Source: Vibrio alginolyticus NBRC 15630 = ATCC 17749
GTDB taxonomy: Bacteria > Pseudomonadota > Gammaproteobacteria > Enterobacterales > Vibrionaceae
Assembly: GCF_000354175.2 (NCBI RefSeq)
Contig: NC_022359.1
Coordinates: 1,080,001-1,112,000 of the forward strand
Length of the DNA stretch: 32,000 nt
Direction: 5' to 3'
Part shown: piece by piece, positions 15,719-25,887 of the stretch
Layout of the letters: every line of letters starts with the position of its first letter
How positions within the stretch are numbered: the first letter of the stretch is position 1
Notes under the pieces: generated by a model
The model's input: the letters and a program-made list of their open reading frames with translations, nothing else
The model's database searches: none
Told to the model about the DNA's origin: nothing
Made by a program: the position numbers and the translations under genes

Positions 15719-18079
15719 TTATGTTCTTGAAACCCTAATTGAGCTGACCATGGACGCATCAAATCGACGGTCGTCATTTGCCGATTGCCACCACAAGCTC
15801 AATTGTTCTTTAGTCATTGGTTTGCCAAATAAATAGCCTTGCATATAGTCGCAGCGGTATGCGGATAGCCATTCATGCATCATATTGTGTTCAATACCTT
15901 CTGCTGTAACCGTTTTATTTTGGGCATGGCATAGCTCAATGATAGGTTTGATCACATGGCCGTTGTTGGTGTTCATCAATGTAACGAGGAACTCTCGATC
16001 AAATTTGATTTTTTGAACCGGATACTGAACGAGCTGAGTTAACGATGTGTAACCAGAACCAAAGTCATCAATTGCAAGACGGTAGCCACGTTTTGATAGC
16101 TCATCAAGTAGAGCCGTGCCTTGTTGTTCTGCGGCAAAGGTTTCGGTTATTTCTATCTCAATACATTCTGGTTTAACACTGTGCAGTGTCGCTTGTTCAT
16201 GGATGTAGTTTGCCATTTCTATCGAGTTTAGCTCTGCTGATGAAAGATTGACCGAAAGAACAATATCCTTACCGAAAATATTCCTTAATTGATGGTATTC
16301 CGCCGTTGCATTGGCGAAAACCCAGCGGTCAATTTTATCAAATAATCCGGCTTGCTCTGCAATTGGAATAAACTCCTTTGGAGGGATAGGGCCGATACCT
16401 TCGGCTTCCCAGCGCAACAAGACTTCTAACCCCTCAATTTCGTTGCTTCGATTGTTCATATAGGGTTGAAAAACAAGGTGAAATTCTTCCTCTACATTGC
16501 TTTTTCGGAGCGCACGTTCAAGCTGACTTCGTCTTTGAGACTCAATATTGAGAGCGGCTGAATAATAGGCGTATTGATTTTTCCCTGCCCGTTTTGCTTG
16601 ATACATAGCCGCATCGGCACTGGAGAGTAACTTCGCGATGTCAGTACCGTCTTGAGGATATTGTGCAATACCTACGCTTGCCGTAACGGGAAATGAATTA
16701 CTCCAAGATGAACTGAGATTACTAATCGGTTTTAGTAACTCTGATGCAAGCAAATCAGGCAAGCGTTTTACCTCTTGATTTGAGCTCAGCAAAATTGCAA
16801 ATTCGTCACCAGATAACCTGGCGGCAAAGCAGGGGCTGTTGTAATCGTGCGAGAACTTTTGACAAGCATTCTTGATGTGTGATGAGAACACTTTTAATAA
16901 GTTATCTCCCAATTCATGCCCGTATTTATCATTCACGTATTTAAAGTTATCAAGATCGACGTAAACAACCCACAGAAACTGCGAAGGGGAGATAAGTTCA
17001 CGAGTGGCAAGCTCATGAAAACGATGGCGATTGGCGAGTTGCGTCAGGTGATCCGTTTCAGCTAGGCGTTTTGTCTTTTTATAGATGACATTAAGTTCCT
17101 CATACATATCAAAAAAGCGTGCAGAGAGGCGCCCTATTTCATCGTTTGTTTCTAGCTTTTCAATATTGTCACGTTGATTAGATTCAAGTTCGTTCAGCTG
17201 CTTATCAAGGCGAGAAACAGGGCGCAACACATAGCGGTACAACACCAAAATGATTAATGTGATGGTGAAAAACGCCGCTACGCCAAAGGAGAAAGCAAGT
17301 TCTAGCCACACTTTATCGACTTTATTCCACATTAAATATTCGGCAGGAGAAAGCACGGCATAAAAGTGCGGCAGCAGCTCAATGGTTTGAGCGAGAGGAA
17401 TATCAAGATAAATGGGTTTGTCGGCGAAAGTAATCACGCTGTGTGTGTCAAACTCGATGTCATGCTTAATCTCGTTAAAGGCTTCAAGTGATACGGAAAC
17501 TACCACAAAAAACACATTTTTCGAGTCAAAGCTCAAAGGGTGAGTCCCCGTTCTTTTGTCGACGACCTCATATTGAAGAAGAATGCTTTGTCCACTGGAG
17601 TTATAAATAAAGCCAGTGTGACTGAAAGCCTCTCTGTCATTGAAACTTCGTGATATGTACTCTAATACCTTTGGGTCGACCACGCCCGATGATTCGTAAT
17701 ATTTGTTTTCTGTGTAGTAGAGAAGGTTTTGTTTGCCGTCGAGGATCGCCATGCTCGCATCGCCTTTGTAACCATGGCTTAATACTTCAGCGGTCTCGTC
17801 TAATCGATTAAACAAGACTCGCTCACGATAGGGGTTGTTATGATTAACCAAATAGTCTTGTAATACATCACTTTTACTGAGCGTATAGGCATAGCTATTA
17901 AGAAAAATATTCGCTTGTCGAAACTGCCCGGCCAGCTTTTCCATCTGCAACTGAATATAGCTGTCTTCCCGCTTGATGAGCGTCACTTTTTGAATGCTAT
18001 AAATAATATAGCTAGATACTAACGCGCTTAATAAGATCACTGGCGCGACAAGCAAAATGACTCTATTGCTTAACTTCAT
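15719..18079 (-). CDS. Membrane-bound GGDEF-EAL c-di-GMP signalling protein with a periplasmic sensor domain and HAMP-like linker
   Basis: 786 aa. TM1 is VILLVAPVILLSALVSSYIIY, followed by a periplasmic region of about 230 aa and then TM2 AFSFGVAAFFTITLIILVLY. The GGDEF domain (DHLTQLANR...RLSGDEFAILL) has an SGDEF signature. The EAL domain has QPY...GLEVLLRW, EIEITE, DDFGSGYTSL, KFDREF, AEGIE and QGYLFGKP. Confidence 0.9.
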   Translation of the reverse strand: MKLSNRVILLVAPVILLSALVSSYIIYSIQKVTLIKREDSYIQLQMEKLAGQFRQANIFLNSYAYTLSKSDVLQDYLVNHNNPYRERVLFNRLDETAEVLSHGYKGDASMAILDGKQNLLYYTENKYYESSGVVDPKVLEYISRSFNDREAFSHTGFIYNSSGQSILLQYEVVDKRTGTHPLSFDSKNVFFVVVSVSLEAFNEIKHDIEFDTHSVITFADKPIYLDIPLAQTIELLPHFYAVLSPAEYLMWNKVDKVWLELAFSFGVAAFFTITLIILVLYRYVLRPVSRLDKQLNELESNQRDNIEKLETNDEIGRLSARFFDMYEELNVIYKKTKRLAETDHLTQLANRHRFHELATRELISPSQFLWVVYVDLDNFKYVNDKYGHELGDNLLKVFSSHIKNACQKFSHDYNSPCFAARLSGDEFAILLSSNQEVKRLPDLLASELLKPISNLSSSWSNSFPVTASVGIAQYPQDGTDIAKLLSSADAAMYQAKRAGKNQYAYYSAALNIESQRRSQLERALRKSNVEEEFHLVFQPYMNNRSNEIEGLEVLLRWEAEGIGPIPPKEFIPIAEQAGLFDKIDRWVFANATAEYHQLRNIFGKDIVLSVNLSSAELNSIEMANYIHEQATLHSVKPECIEIEITETFAAEQQGTALLDELSKRGYRLAIDDFGSGYTSLTQLVQYPVQKIKFDREFLVTLMNTNNGHVIKPIIELCHAQNKTVTAEGIEHNMMHEWLSAYRCDYMQGYLFGKPMTKEQLSLWWQSANDDRRFDASMVSSIRVSRT

Positions 18080-18328
18080 TATGGTTCTTAGTTTCCGTTT
18101 GTGTCCCTACAAACGTCGCGTACCAGGTAAGGTACTGAACGGATGATGTGTTTTGGCAAATTGTAACCAGATTGTAAGGTGAGCGTTCTCCAAAATCAGG
18201 CAGCTATCTAAGAATTGTGATGACGTGAAAGGTTTCGAGCTTATTAACTAGAGGTTTTCTCAGTAGTTGGACGTCTCTTTTCCTTCCTCCCTGTATAAAA
18301 CCTAACCGTAATGACAGGGAAATACCAT

Positions 18329-18346
18329 CATCGAAACGTTTCGATG
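18329..18346. promoter_or_regulatory. Distal RbsR (LacI-family) operator, perfect palindrome
   Basis: CATCGAAACGTTTCGATG is an 18-bp perfect palindrome. Its core CGAAACGTTTCG equals the known E. coli rbs operator core (AGCGAAACGTTTCGCT). Confidence 0.7.
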
Positions 18347-18456
18347 GTAAAGTGTGACTCAAGTGCACTTTTCCTATTCAATGACAATTGAATTACAGAT
18401 CATTCTCACACCTTATCGATCTCACACTGGTCAAATTGCGATGACGAATTATTATT

Positions 18457-18476
18457 TCATCGAAACGTTTCGATGA
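18457..18476. promoter_or_regulatory. Proximal RbsR operator, perfect palindrome, 77 nt upstream of the rbsD ATG
   Basis: TCATCGAAACGTTTCGATGA is a 20-bp perfect palindrome with the same core as the distal site. Confidence 0.78.
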
Positions 18477-18552
18477 GTTTTCTGTTAATAACGAAAACAC
18501 TTTAAGACAGGCGCTCATGGTTGTATGAACGTGTAACCGAAAGGTCGATGAG

Positions 18553-18972
18553 ATGAAAAAAAGTACCCTAATTAACTCAGATATTTCTTACTTGGTGGCG
18601 ACGCTAGGCCACACCGACGAGATCACGATATGTGATGCTGGTCTACCAATCCCAGAGCATGTTCAGCGAATCGATTTGGCGCTAACGCATGGGGTACCAA
18701 GTTTTCTTGATACTGTTCGCGTAATTCTATCTGAGTCCCAAATCGAAGGGGTCATCATTGCGGAAGAGTTCTCTGATGCAAGCCCAGTTTTGCATGAAGC
18801 GTTGCTCAACGAACTGAGCAAAGAGAGTGAAGAGACGGGCAAATCTATTGAGGTGAGCTACGTGTCACATGAAGCGTTTAAAGCACGCACGGCCCAAAGT
18901 CGCGCTATCGTAAGAACCGGCGAATGCTCGCCATATGCGAACGTTATTTTCCAAGCGGGCGTGGTTTTTTAA
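18553..18972 (+). CDS. rbsD: D-ribose pyranase
   Basis: 139 aa. The N-terminal MKKSTLINSDISYLVATLGHTDEITICDAGLPIP is typical RbsD. It is the first gene of the rbsDACBKR order. Confidence 0.92.
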   Translation: MKKSTLINSDISYLVATLGHTDEITICDAGLPIPEHVQRIDLALTHGVPSFLDTVRVILSESQIEGVIIAEEFSDASPVLHEALLNELSKESEETGKSIEVSYVSHEAFKARTAQSRAIVRTGECSPYANVIFQAGVVF

Positions 18973-18995
18973 GCCAGAGATATTGAGGACAGATT

Positions 18996-20501
18996 ATGAC
19001 TCAAGCCATTCTACAACTAAGCGAAATTGAGAAGGCGTTTCCGGGCGTAAAAGCACTCGACAAAGCAAGCCTGAATGTTTATCCAGGCCGTGTTATGGCG
19101 CTGATGGGTGAAAATGGAGCAGGCAAGTCAACGTTAATGAAGGTGTTGACAGGCATTTACCACATGGATGCGGGGAGCATTCAATATCAAGGTCAGCCGG
19201 CGGCCTTTAAAGGTCCACGCGATTCACAGGAAGCTGGTATTAGCATTATTCACCAAGAGCTGAACCTGATTCCTGAACTGACGATTGCCGAAAATATTTA
19301 CTTGGGACGAGAGTTCACTGGCTCCTTAGGGCGTATCCAGTGGGGCAAAATGTATGACGAAGCTGACAAGCTTTTAAAACGTCTGAATGTAAAGCACTCA
19401 TCAAAAACATTGCTTGGCGATTTAAGCCTTGGTGAACAACAAATGGTGGAAATTGCAAAGGCACTTTCGTTTGAGTCGAAAGTCATCATTATGGATGAGC
19501 CAACGGACGCATTGACCGATACCGAAACGGAATCACTATTTAAAGTGATTAATGAGCTTCGCGAGCAAGGATGCGGCATCGTATACATTTCGCATCGTCT
19601 TAAAGAAATCTTTGAAATCTGTGACGACATTACCGTGCTTCGTGATGGTAAGTTTATCGGTGAGTGCAAGGTGTCCGACACTGATGAAGATGGCCTAATT
19701 GAAATGATGGTTGGCCGAAAATTAGAAGAGCAATATCCACGTATTGATGTCCAACATGGCGAAACTTGTCTTGAAGTCATTGGTTTGACTGGGTCTGGCG
19801 TTCAGGATGTGAGCTTTACTCTCAAGCGTGGTGAGATTCTTGGAATTTCTGGCTTGATGGGCGCAGGCCGCACTGAACTCATGAAAGTCATTTACGGCGC
19901 ATTACCTAGTGAGCATGGTGTTATCAATCTTGATAACAAAACTATTAACCCGGTTAGCCCGCAAGATGGCTTGGCAAATGGTATCGCTTACATCTCTGAA
20001 GATCGCAAAGGCGATGGTTTGGTTTTAGGTCTTTCAGTTAAGGATAACATGTCACTTTGTTCGCTAAACCAGCTGACCAAAGGCTTCCAGATTCAACACA
20101 GCGACGAAGTGATTGCAGTGGAAGATTTTATTAAGTTATTCAACATTAAAACCCCAACGCGAGATCAAATCATCGGCAACTTATCTGGTGGTAACCAGCA
20201 AAAAGTTGCGATAGCGAAAGGGTTAATGACGAAACCTAAAGTTCTGATTCTGGATGAGCCGACACGTGGTGTTGATGTCGGAGCAAAAAAAGAGATTTAT
20301 CAGCTCATCAACAAGTTTAAGGCCGAAGGCATGAGCATCATCTTGGTTTCTTCCGAGATGCCTGAAGTGCTCGGCATGAGCGACCGTATTTTAGTGATGC
20401 ATGAAGGTCGTATCACCGGCGAATTTGATGCGAAAGACGCCGATCAAGAAAAATTACTCGCCTGTGCCGTAGGCAAAGAGATCAATGAGGAAGCAGCATG
20501 A
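18996..20501 (+). CDS. rbsA: Ribose ABC transporter ATP-binding protein (duplicated ABC domains)
   Basis: 501 aa with two ABC cassettes. Walker A is GENGAGKST, the signatures are LSLGEQQ and LSGGNQQK, and Walker B is IIMDEPT / [11 protein letters not shown]. Confidence 0.95.
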   Translation: MTQAILQLSEIEKAFPGVKALDKASLNVYPGRVMALMGENGAGKSTLMKVLTGIYHMDAGSIQYQGQPAAFKGPRDSQEAGISIIHQELNLIPELTIAENIYLGREFTGSLGRIQWGKMYDEADKLLKRLNVKHSSKTLLGDLSLGEQQMVEIAKALSFESKVIIMDEPTDALTDTETESLFKVINELREQGCGIVYISHRLKEIFEICDDITVLRDGKFIGECKVSDTDEDGLIEMMVGRKLEEQYPRIDVQHGETCLEVIGLTGSGVQDVSFTLKRGEILGISGLMGAGRTELMKVIYGALPSEHGVINLDNKTINPVSPQDGLANGIAYISEDRKGDGLVLGLSVKDNMSLCSLNQLTKGFQIQHSDEVIAVEDFIKLFNIKTPTRDQIIGNLSGGNQQKVAIAKGLMTKPKVLILDEPTRGVDVGAKKEIYQLINKFKAEGMSIILVSSEMPEVLGMSDRILVMHEGRITGEFDAKDADQEKLLACAVGKEINEEAA

Positions 20502-21481
20502 GTACGAATACCATGAGCAAACCAACCGAAACTGGCAACAAGAAGTTGTTCACAAAAGAGTGGCTGATTGAGCAAAAATCACTGATAGCTTTGATCTTTC
20601 TGATCGTTGTTGTGTCATTTTTGAACCCGAACTTTTTTACGGTCGACAACATTCTCAACATTCTTCGTCAAACCTCCGTGAATGCCATTATCGCAGTGGG
20701 TATGACATTAGTTATTTTAACAGCAGGCATCGACTTAAGTGTTGGTTCGGTATTGGCATTGTGTGGTGCCTTTGCGGCAAGCATGATTGCGCTTGAGGTT
20801 CCGGTGCTGGTGGCGGTTCCAACTGCTTTAGTCGCAGGTGCAGCGTTAGGTGCGATCAGCGGTATCATTATTGCGAAGGGTAAGGTGCAGGCATTTATCG
20901 CTACGCTGGTTACCATGACGTTACTACGCGGTGTGACCATGGTGTACACCGAAGGTCGACCAATCTCGACAGGCTTTACTGACACCGCGGATGCGTTCGC
21001 ATGGTTTGGTACTGGCTACGCGCTAGGCATTCCAGTTCCTGTTTGGTTAATGGTGGTTGTGTTCGCTGCGGCTTGGTATTTACTTAACCACACGCGCTTT
21101 GGTCGCTATGTTTACGCACTAGGCGGCAATGAGTCTGCGACTCGCCTATCAGGTATCAATGTAGACCGAGTGAAGATTGGTGTCTACGCCATCTGCGGTA
21201 TGTTAGCAGCGCTTGCAGGCATTATTGTAACGTCTCGTCTTTCTTCGGCGCAGCCAACAGCAGGTATGGGCTACGAGCTAGACGCTATCGCAGCGGTTGT
21301 TCTTGGCGGTACCAGCTTGATGGGCGGTAAAGGCCGTATCATGGGTACCTTGATTGGTGCGCTGATCATCGGTTTCTTGAACAATGCACTTAACCTACTT
21401 GATGTTTCTTCCTACTACCAAATGATTGCAAAAGCAGTGGTTATCTTGCTGGCGGTATTGGTAGACAACAAAAACAAGTAA
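20498..21481 (+). CDS. rbsC: Ribose ABC transporter permease
   Basis: 327 aa polytopic protein. Its start overlaps the rbsA stop (ATGA). It is a typical RbsC/AraH-family sequence (GIDLSVGS..., TSLMGGKG). Confidence 0.95.
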   Translation: MSTNTMSKPTETGNKKLFTKEWLIEQKSLIALIFLIVVVSFLNPNFFTVDNILNILRQTSVNAIIAVGMTLVILTAGIDLSVGSVLALCGAFAASMIALEVPVLVAVPTALVAGAALGAISGIIIAKGKVQAFIATLVTMTLLRGVTMVYTEGRPISTGFTDTADAFAWFGTGYALGIPVPVWLMVVVFAAAWYLLNHTRFGRYVYALGGNESATRLSGINVDRVKIGVYAICGMLAALAGIIVTSRLSSAQPTAGMGYELDAIAAVVLGGTSLMGGKGRIMGTLIGALIIGFLNNALNLLDVSSYYQMIAKAVVILLAVLVDNKNK

Positions 21482-21568
21482 TTCATAACAATCTGTATAT
21501 ATAAAACAGTGAATACAAACCGAGTCAGGGGACGTGTACTGGCTCACCCTACACAAAGGACTAGAACG

Positions 21569-22447
21569 ATGAAAAAACTTGCAACTCTTATCTCTGCTGC
21601 ACTTCTTTCTTCAACCGTATCGGTAGCGGCGCAAGCTCAAGATACCATGGCGATTGTGGTTTCGACGCTAAACAACCCGTTCTTCGTAACGATGAAAGAC
21701 GGTGCGGAAGCAAAAGCGAAAGAATTGGGGTACGACTTAATTGTACTGGACTCGCAAAATGACCCGAGTAAAGAACTGTCGAACATCGAGGATTTAAGTA
21801 TTCGCGGCGTAAAAGCAATTCTTATCAACCCAACGGATTCTGATGCAGTGTCTAATGCAATTCGTATGGCGAACCGTTCTAAGATCCCTGTGTTGACATT
21901 AGACCGTGGTGCAAGCCGTGGTGAAGTTGTGAGTCACATCGCGTCGGACAACGTAATTGGTGGTGAAATGGCAGGCCACTACATCATGGAAAAAGTCGGC
22001 GAAAAAGCAAAAGTCATTCAACTTGAAGGTATTGCGGGCACATCGGCAGCGCGTGAGCGCGGTGAAGGCTTTATGAATGCCGTGAAGGGCAGCGATATGG
22101 ATCTTCTTGCTAGCCAACCAGCTGACTTTGACCGCACAAAAGGTCTAAACGTAATGGAAAACCTGCTAGCGGCTAACCCGGATGTACAAGCGGTATTTGC
22201 ACAGAATGATGAAATGGCGCTAGGTGCACTTCGCGCAGTTCAAGCTTCTGGCAAAGATGTCGTTATCGTTGGTTTTGATGGTACGGAAGACGGCATTGCA
22301 GCAGTTAACCGTGGCAAACTAGCGGCAACTATTGCTCAGCAACCAGACCTTATCGGTGCTTTAGGTGTTGAAACGGCTGACAAAGTTTTGAAAGGTGAAG
22401 AAGTAGAAGAGTACATCCCAGTACCACTAAAAGTAGTCACTAAGTAA
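21569..22447 (+). CDS. rbsB: Periplasmic D-ribose-binding protein
   Basis: ATG 21569 is preceded by AAGGA and gives [23 protein letters not shown]|[17 protein letters not shown], a signal peptide plus the canonical RbsB N-terminus. The ORF-track start at 21509 is an artefactual extension. Confidence 0.93.
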   Translation: MKKLATLISAALLSSTVSVAAQAQDTMAIVVSTLNNPFFVTMKDGAEAKAKELGYDLIVLDSQNDPSKELSNIEDLSIRGVKAILINPTDSDAVSNAIRMANRSKIPVLTLDRGASRGEVVSHIASDNVIGGEMAGHYIMEKVGEKAKVIQLEGIAGTSAARERGEGFMNAVKGSDMDLLASQPADFDRTKGLNVMENLLAANPDVQAVFAQNDEMALGALRAVQASGKDVVIVGFDGTEDGIAAVNRGKLAATIAQQPDLIGALGVETADKVLKGEEVEEYIPVPLKVVTK

Positions 22448-22471
22448 GTTTCAAGTTCCAATAAATCATCC

Positions 22472-22528
22472 TAAATTTTGCTCTCTCCTCCGTTTATATC
22501 TGTCGTTTAGGAGGTGAGGGCAAATTTA
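22472..22528 (+). other. Large intra-operon stem-loop in the 223-bp rbsB-rbsK gap
   Basis: Core pairing is TGCTCTCTCCTCC (22479-22491) with GGAGGTGAGGGCA (22510-22522): 13 positions with one mismatch and one G-U. It is extended by six A-T pairs with one bulge. The loop is about 18 nt and there is no U-tract after it. Confidence 0.6.
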
Positions 22529-22670
22529 CCCAAAATACTGCAAAGTGTGGGGTATAGATGCCTTTGGCTTTTTATCGAGACTCCTTCGTCAGGAAGAGAA
22601 GTTAAAGTCATCTAATGTATTTTCCTAAACAGTTTTTAAAAAGGGTTCATTCAGAACCGAGGATAACCGT

Positions 22671-23588
22671 ATGAATAAGTTAGTGGTGTTAGGTAGTGTA
22701 AACGCTGACCATGTTCTTCAAGTGCCTTCTTTCCCTCGCCCAGGCGAGACGCTGCATGGTCGCAACTATCAAGTTATCCCAGGTGGCAAAGGTGCCAACC
22801 AAGCCGTCGCGGCGGCGCGATTAAATGCAGACATCGGTTTTATCGCTTGTGTGGGCGACGACTCATTCGGCATTAACATTCGCGAAAACTTCAAAATGGA
22901 CGGCATCGATATCACTGGTGTGAAGATGCAGCCAAATTGCCCGACAGGTATCGCGATGATTCAAGTGTCGGACAGTGGGGAGAACAGCATTTGCATTTCA
23001 GCTGAAGCGAACGCCAAACTGACAGCAGAAGCGATTGAGCCAGATTTAGAGCGTATTCGCCAAGCAGATTACTTGCTAATGCAATTGGAAACGCCGATGT
23101 GCGGCATTGAGAAAGCTGCGCGTGTAGCGAAAGATGCCAAAACCAATGTCATTCTGAACCCAGCGCCAGCTCGTGAATTGTCAGATGAATTACTGTCTTA
23201 CATTGACGTGATTACGCCAAATGAAACGGAAGCTGAAGTTCTGACAGGTATTACTGTAACAGACAACGAAAGCGCGCAAGAAGCGGCGAATGTGCTACAT
23301 GGTAAAGGTATAGAAATTGTCATGATCACACTCGGTGCAAAAGGCGTTTGGCTAAGCCAAAACGGTCGAGGCGAAATCATCTCGGGTTTCCGCGTTGAAG
23401 CGACGGATACTACCGCAGCGGGCGATACATTTAATGGGGCATTCGTCACTGGTCTCCTAGAAGGTTTACCTTTAGAATCAGCGATTAAGTTTGCACATGC
23501 GGCGGCTGCAATTTCTGTGACCCGCTTTGGCGCGCAAACGTCGATTCCAACCCGCGAAGAGGTGGACGCGTTTCTCGCTGAACAATAA
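22671..23588 (+). CDS. rbsK: Ribokinase
   Basis: 305 aa in the PfkB family. It has VVLGSVNADHV, GGKGANQAVAAARL, and the C-terminal DTTAAGDTFNGAF anion-hole/catalytic motif. Confidence 0.93.
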   Translation: MNKLVVLGSVNADHVLQVPSFPRPGETLHGRNYQVIPGGKGANQAVAAARLNADIGFIACVGDDSFGINIRENFKMDGIDITGVKMQPNCPTGIAMIQVSDSGENSICISAEANAKLTAEAIEPDLERIRQADYLLMQLETPMCGIEKAARVAKDAKTNVILNPAPARELSDELLSYIDVITPNETEAEVLTGITVTDNESAQEAANVLHGKGIEIVMITLGAKGVWLSQNGRGEIISGFRVEATDTTAAGDTFNGAFVTGLLEGLPLESAIKFAHAAAAISVTRFGAQTSIPTREEVDAFLAEQ

Positions 23589-23623
23589 GGCGCACAACGC
23601 CTCATTAAAATAGGAGTAGTAAC

Positions 23624-24646
23624 ATGGCGACGATGAAAGACATCGCAAAACTGGCAGGGGTTTCCACTTCAACAGTGAGCCATGTTATTAACAAGACGCG
23701 TTTTGTGAGCGAAGAGATCTCTGAACGCGTTAACAATGCCGCAAAAGAGCTTAACTACTACGCGCCCTCTGCGTTGGCGCGTAGCCTCAAAGTCAATCGT
23801 ACCAAAACCATTGGTATGCTCGTGACAACCTCAACCAACCCATTCTTTGGCGAAGTCGTAAAAGGCGTCGAACGCAGCTGCTACCAAAAAGGCTACAGCC
23901 TCATTTTATGTAACACCGAGGGTGATAACGAACGTATGCGTCAATCCATTAATACGCTATTGCAAAAGCGTGTCGATGGTTTGATCTTGATGTGCTCGTC
24001 GCTAGAAGGAGAGCGTATCGATGTATTTGAGCGTTACCCAGATATCCCAGTTGTGGTAATGGACTGGGGGCCGATGCTATTTACAAGCGATAAAATCCAA
24101 GACAACTCACTTCGTGGCGGTTACTTAGCGGCGAAATACTTAATTGATTGCGGCCATACCGAAATTGGGTGCATCACTGGCCCTTTGATTAAACACCAAG
24201 CGCAAATGCGATACGAAGGTTATAAGCGAGCAATGAACGAAGCTGGCTTGGAATTTAATGCCAATTGGATCATTGAGTCTGACTTCGAATGTGAGGGTGG
24301 GTATCAAGCGTTCAAAAAAATGGCTCAGCGTGGCGCATTACCCAGCTCGATTTTCGTCTCTAACGATATGATGGCGATGGGTGTGATTAACGCCGCAAAT
24401 GAGCTCGGTATTAAAGTGCCGGACGACCTATCCATTATTGGTTACGATGACATCCATATCGCGAAATTTATGTCGCCATCGCTAACTACCATTCATCAGC
24501 CTAAGTACCGTTTGGGGCAGGCTGCCGTTGAGACTCTTGTCCGAAAGTTGGATGAAAAATCAACAGAGGCACAGGTCGTACAATTAGAGCCGACTCTAGT
24601 GGAACGAAAAAGCGTCAAGAGGTTAAAGTCAAACCTCACTAAATGA
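23624..24646 (+). CDS. rbsR: LacI-family ribose operon repressor
   Basis: 340 aa. The N-terminal HTH is MATMKDIAKLAGVSTSTVSHVINKTRFVSEE, followed by a periplasmic-binding-protein-like sugar domain. It sits at the end of the rbs operon, and matching operators lie upstream of rbsD. Confidence 0.9.
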   Translation: MATMKDIAKLAGVSTSTVSHVINKTRFVSEEISERVNNAAKELNYYAPSALARSLKVNRTKTIGMLVTTSTNPFFGEVVKGVERSCYQKGYSLILCNTEGDNERMRQSINTLLQKRVDGLILMCSSLEGERIDVFERYPDIPVVVMDWGPMLFTSDKIQDNSLRGGYLAAKYLIDCGHTEIGCITGPLIKHQAQMRYEGYKRAMNEAGLEFNANWIIESDFECEGGYQAFKKMAQRGALPSSIFVSNDMMAMGVINAANELGIKVPDDLSIIGYDDIHIAKFMSPSLTTIHQPKYRLGQAAVETLVRKLDEKSTEAQVVQLEPTLVERKSVKRLKSNLTK

Positions 24647-24760
24647 CGTGTGATGTTGAGCTAAAAAATTAAAAAAGTCGTTTCTCTTTATACGATAAAG
24701 CCTTACTATCGTCGTTGATTATAAATAAAACTATTAATTGTTGTCTGGCGGATTAGTCGA

Positions 24761-24979
24761 ATGTTATCAAAAGGTTACGCTAAGTTATCTGTAAAACACC
24801 CTTGGTTTCACCGAGTTAATGTTATTACAGTTGTATTGATTTTTTTTGTGAGCTGCTATCAGCTACTGGTTAATGAAGCATTTGAGTACGCAATTGGCTT
24901 TATTATTACACTTTTGGCGTCAGCTTTATTTGCATCAGCTTCTGCATTCAAAAAACGCTATCTAGGCTTGGACTCATAG
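24761..24979 (+). CDS. Hypothetical small membrane protein (72 aa, two predicted TM helices)
   Basis: The ORF has two hydrophobic stretches (VITVVLIFFVSCYQLLV and AIGFIITLLASALFASASAF). The RBS is weak and I recognise no family. Confidence 0.35.
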   Translation: MLSKGYAKLSVKHPWFHRVNVITVVLIFFVSCYQLLVNEAFEYAIGFIITLLASALFASASAFKKRYLGLDS

Positions 24980-25064
24980 GCACGTCTATTTCCAACACCG
25001 TTCAATAGCATCATTTATTGCTTTCAAGTAAACATTGAACTGAATTATGATCGAGTGCATCAAG

Positions 25065-25089
25065 AGGAGGACAAATGTCCTCCTTTTTG
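25065..25089 (+). terminator. Rho-independent terminator
   Basis: AGGAGGAC-aaat-GTCCTCCT followed by TTTTG. Confidence 0.75.
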
Positions 25090-25145
25090 TTGGGGATCAC
25101 GCTCTAATATAAGCGTATTCCAAACAAAATAATAAAGGACATGTT

Positions 25146-25877
25146 ATGGACCTCTTTGCCTTACTCGATATTAATAATACTCTCGTTAACATTCCGATTG
25201 GCGACGGCTACGCAATGAGCTGGATCGAAGCTTTCGGTACCGTTTTTGGACTGCTTTGCATTTGGTTTGCCAGCCAAGAAAAAACCATCAACTACTTATT
25301 CGGTTTGCTGAATGTCACGCTTTTTGCCGTTATCTTTTTTCAAATTCAGTTATACGGATTATTGCTTCTTCAATTGTTTTTCTTCTGTGCGAACATTTAC
25401 GGCTGGTATGCGTGGACTCGTCCAAACGCACAAGGTGAAACGCTGGAGGTTCGCTGGTTAAATAAACAGAAACTTATTACTACTGCCTCTATTAGCGTTG
25501 CATGTATCGCATTATTAACGATCTATATCGACCCATTTTTCTTTGCGCTAGCAAACATTGCTGTTGATAGCTTGAATCTCTTTGGTGCTGACTTGGCTGA
25601 ACCGGTGCTTGAACCTGACGCGTTCCCGTTCTGGGATGCAACCATGACAGTACTTTCTGTTGTTGCACAAATTCTGATGACACGTAAATACGTCGAAAAC
25701 TGGATTCTATGGGTTGTGATTAATATTATCAGTGTGGGTATCTACGCGACGCAAGGTGTTTACGCAATGTCTGTTCAGTACGCGATTCTTATGTTCATCG
25801 CTGCCAATGGCACGCGTGAGTGGGCTCGTAGCGCTAAGCGCAATGGCGATAAAACCTTAGCGCACGCTGCTGCGTAA
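25146..25877 (+). CDS. pnuC: PnuC-family nicotinamide riboside (or related nucleoside/vitamin) transporter
   Basis: 243 aa with about 7-8 TM helices. PnuC-like features are SWIEAFGTVFGLLCIWFASQEK..NYLFGLLN and the C-terminal NWILWVVINIISVGIYATQGVY (W..W...N motif). Confidence 0.8.
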   Translation: MDLFALLDINNTLVNIPIGDGYAMSWIEAFGTVFGLLCIWFASQEKTINYLFGLLNVTLFAVIFFQIQLYGLLLLQLFFFCANIYGWYAWTRPNAQGETLEVRWLNKQKLITTASISVACIALLTIYIDPFFFALANIAVDSLNLFGADLAEPVLEPDAFPFWDATMTVLSVVAQILMTRKYVENWILWVVINIISVGIYATQGVYAMSVQYAILMFIAANGTREWARSAKRNGDKTLAHAAA

Positions 25878-25887
25878 GGAACGAAAA

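Noticed and set aside
18353-18368. A CRP-like site, TGTGActcaagTGCAC, just after the distal rbs operator.
   Set aside because: Only the left half-site matches the consensus TGTGA-N6-TCACA. The right half (TGCAC) is poor, so this is too weak to call.
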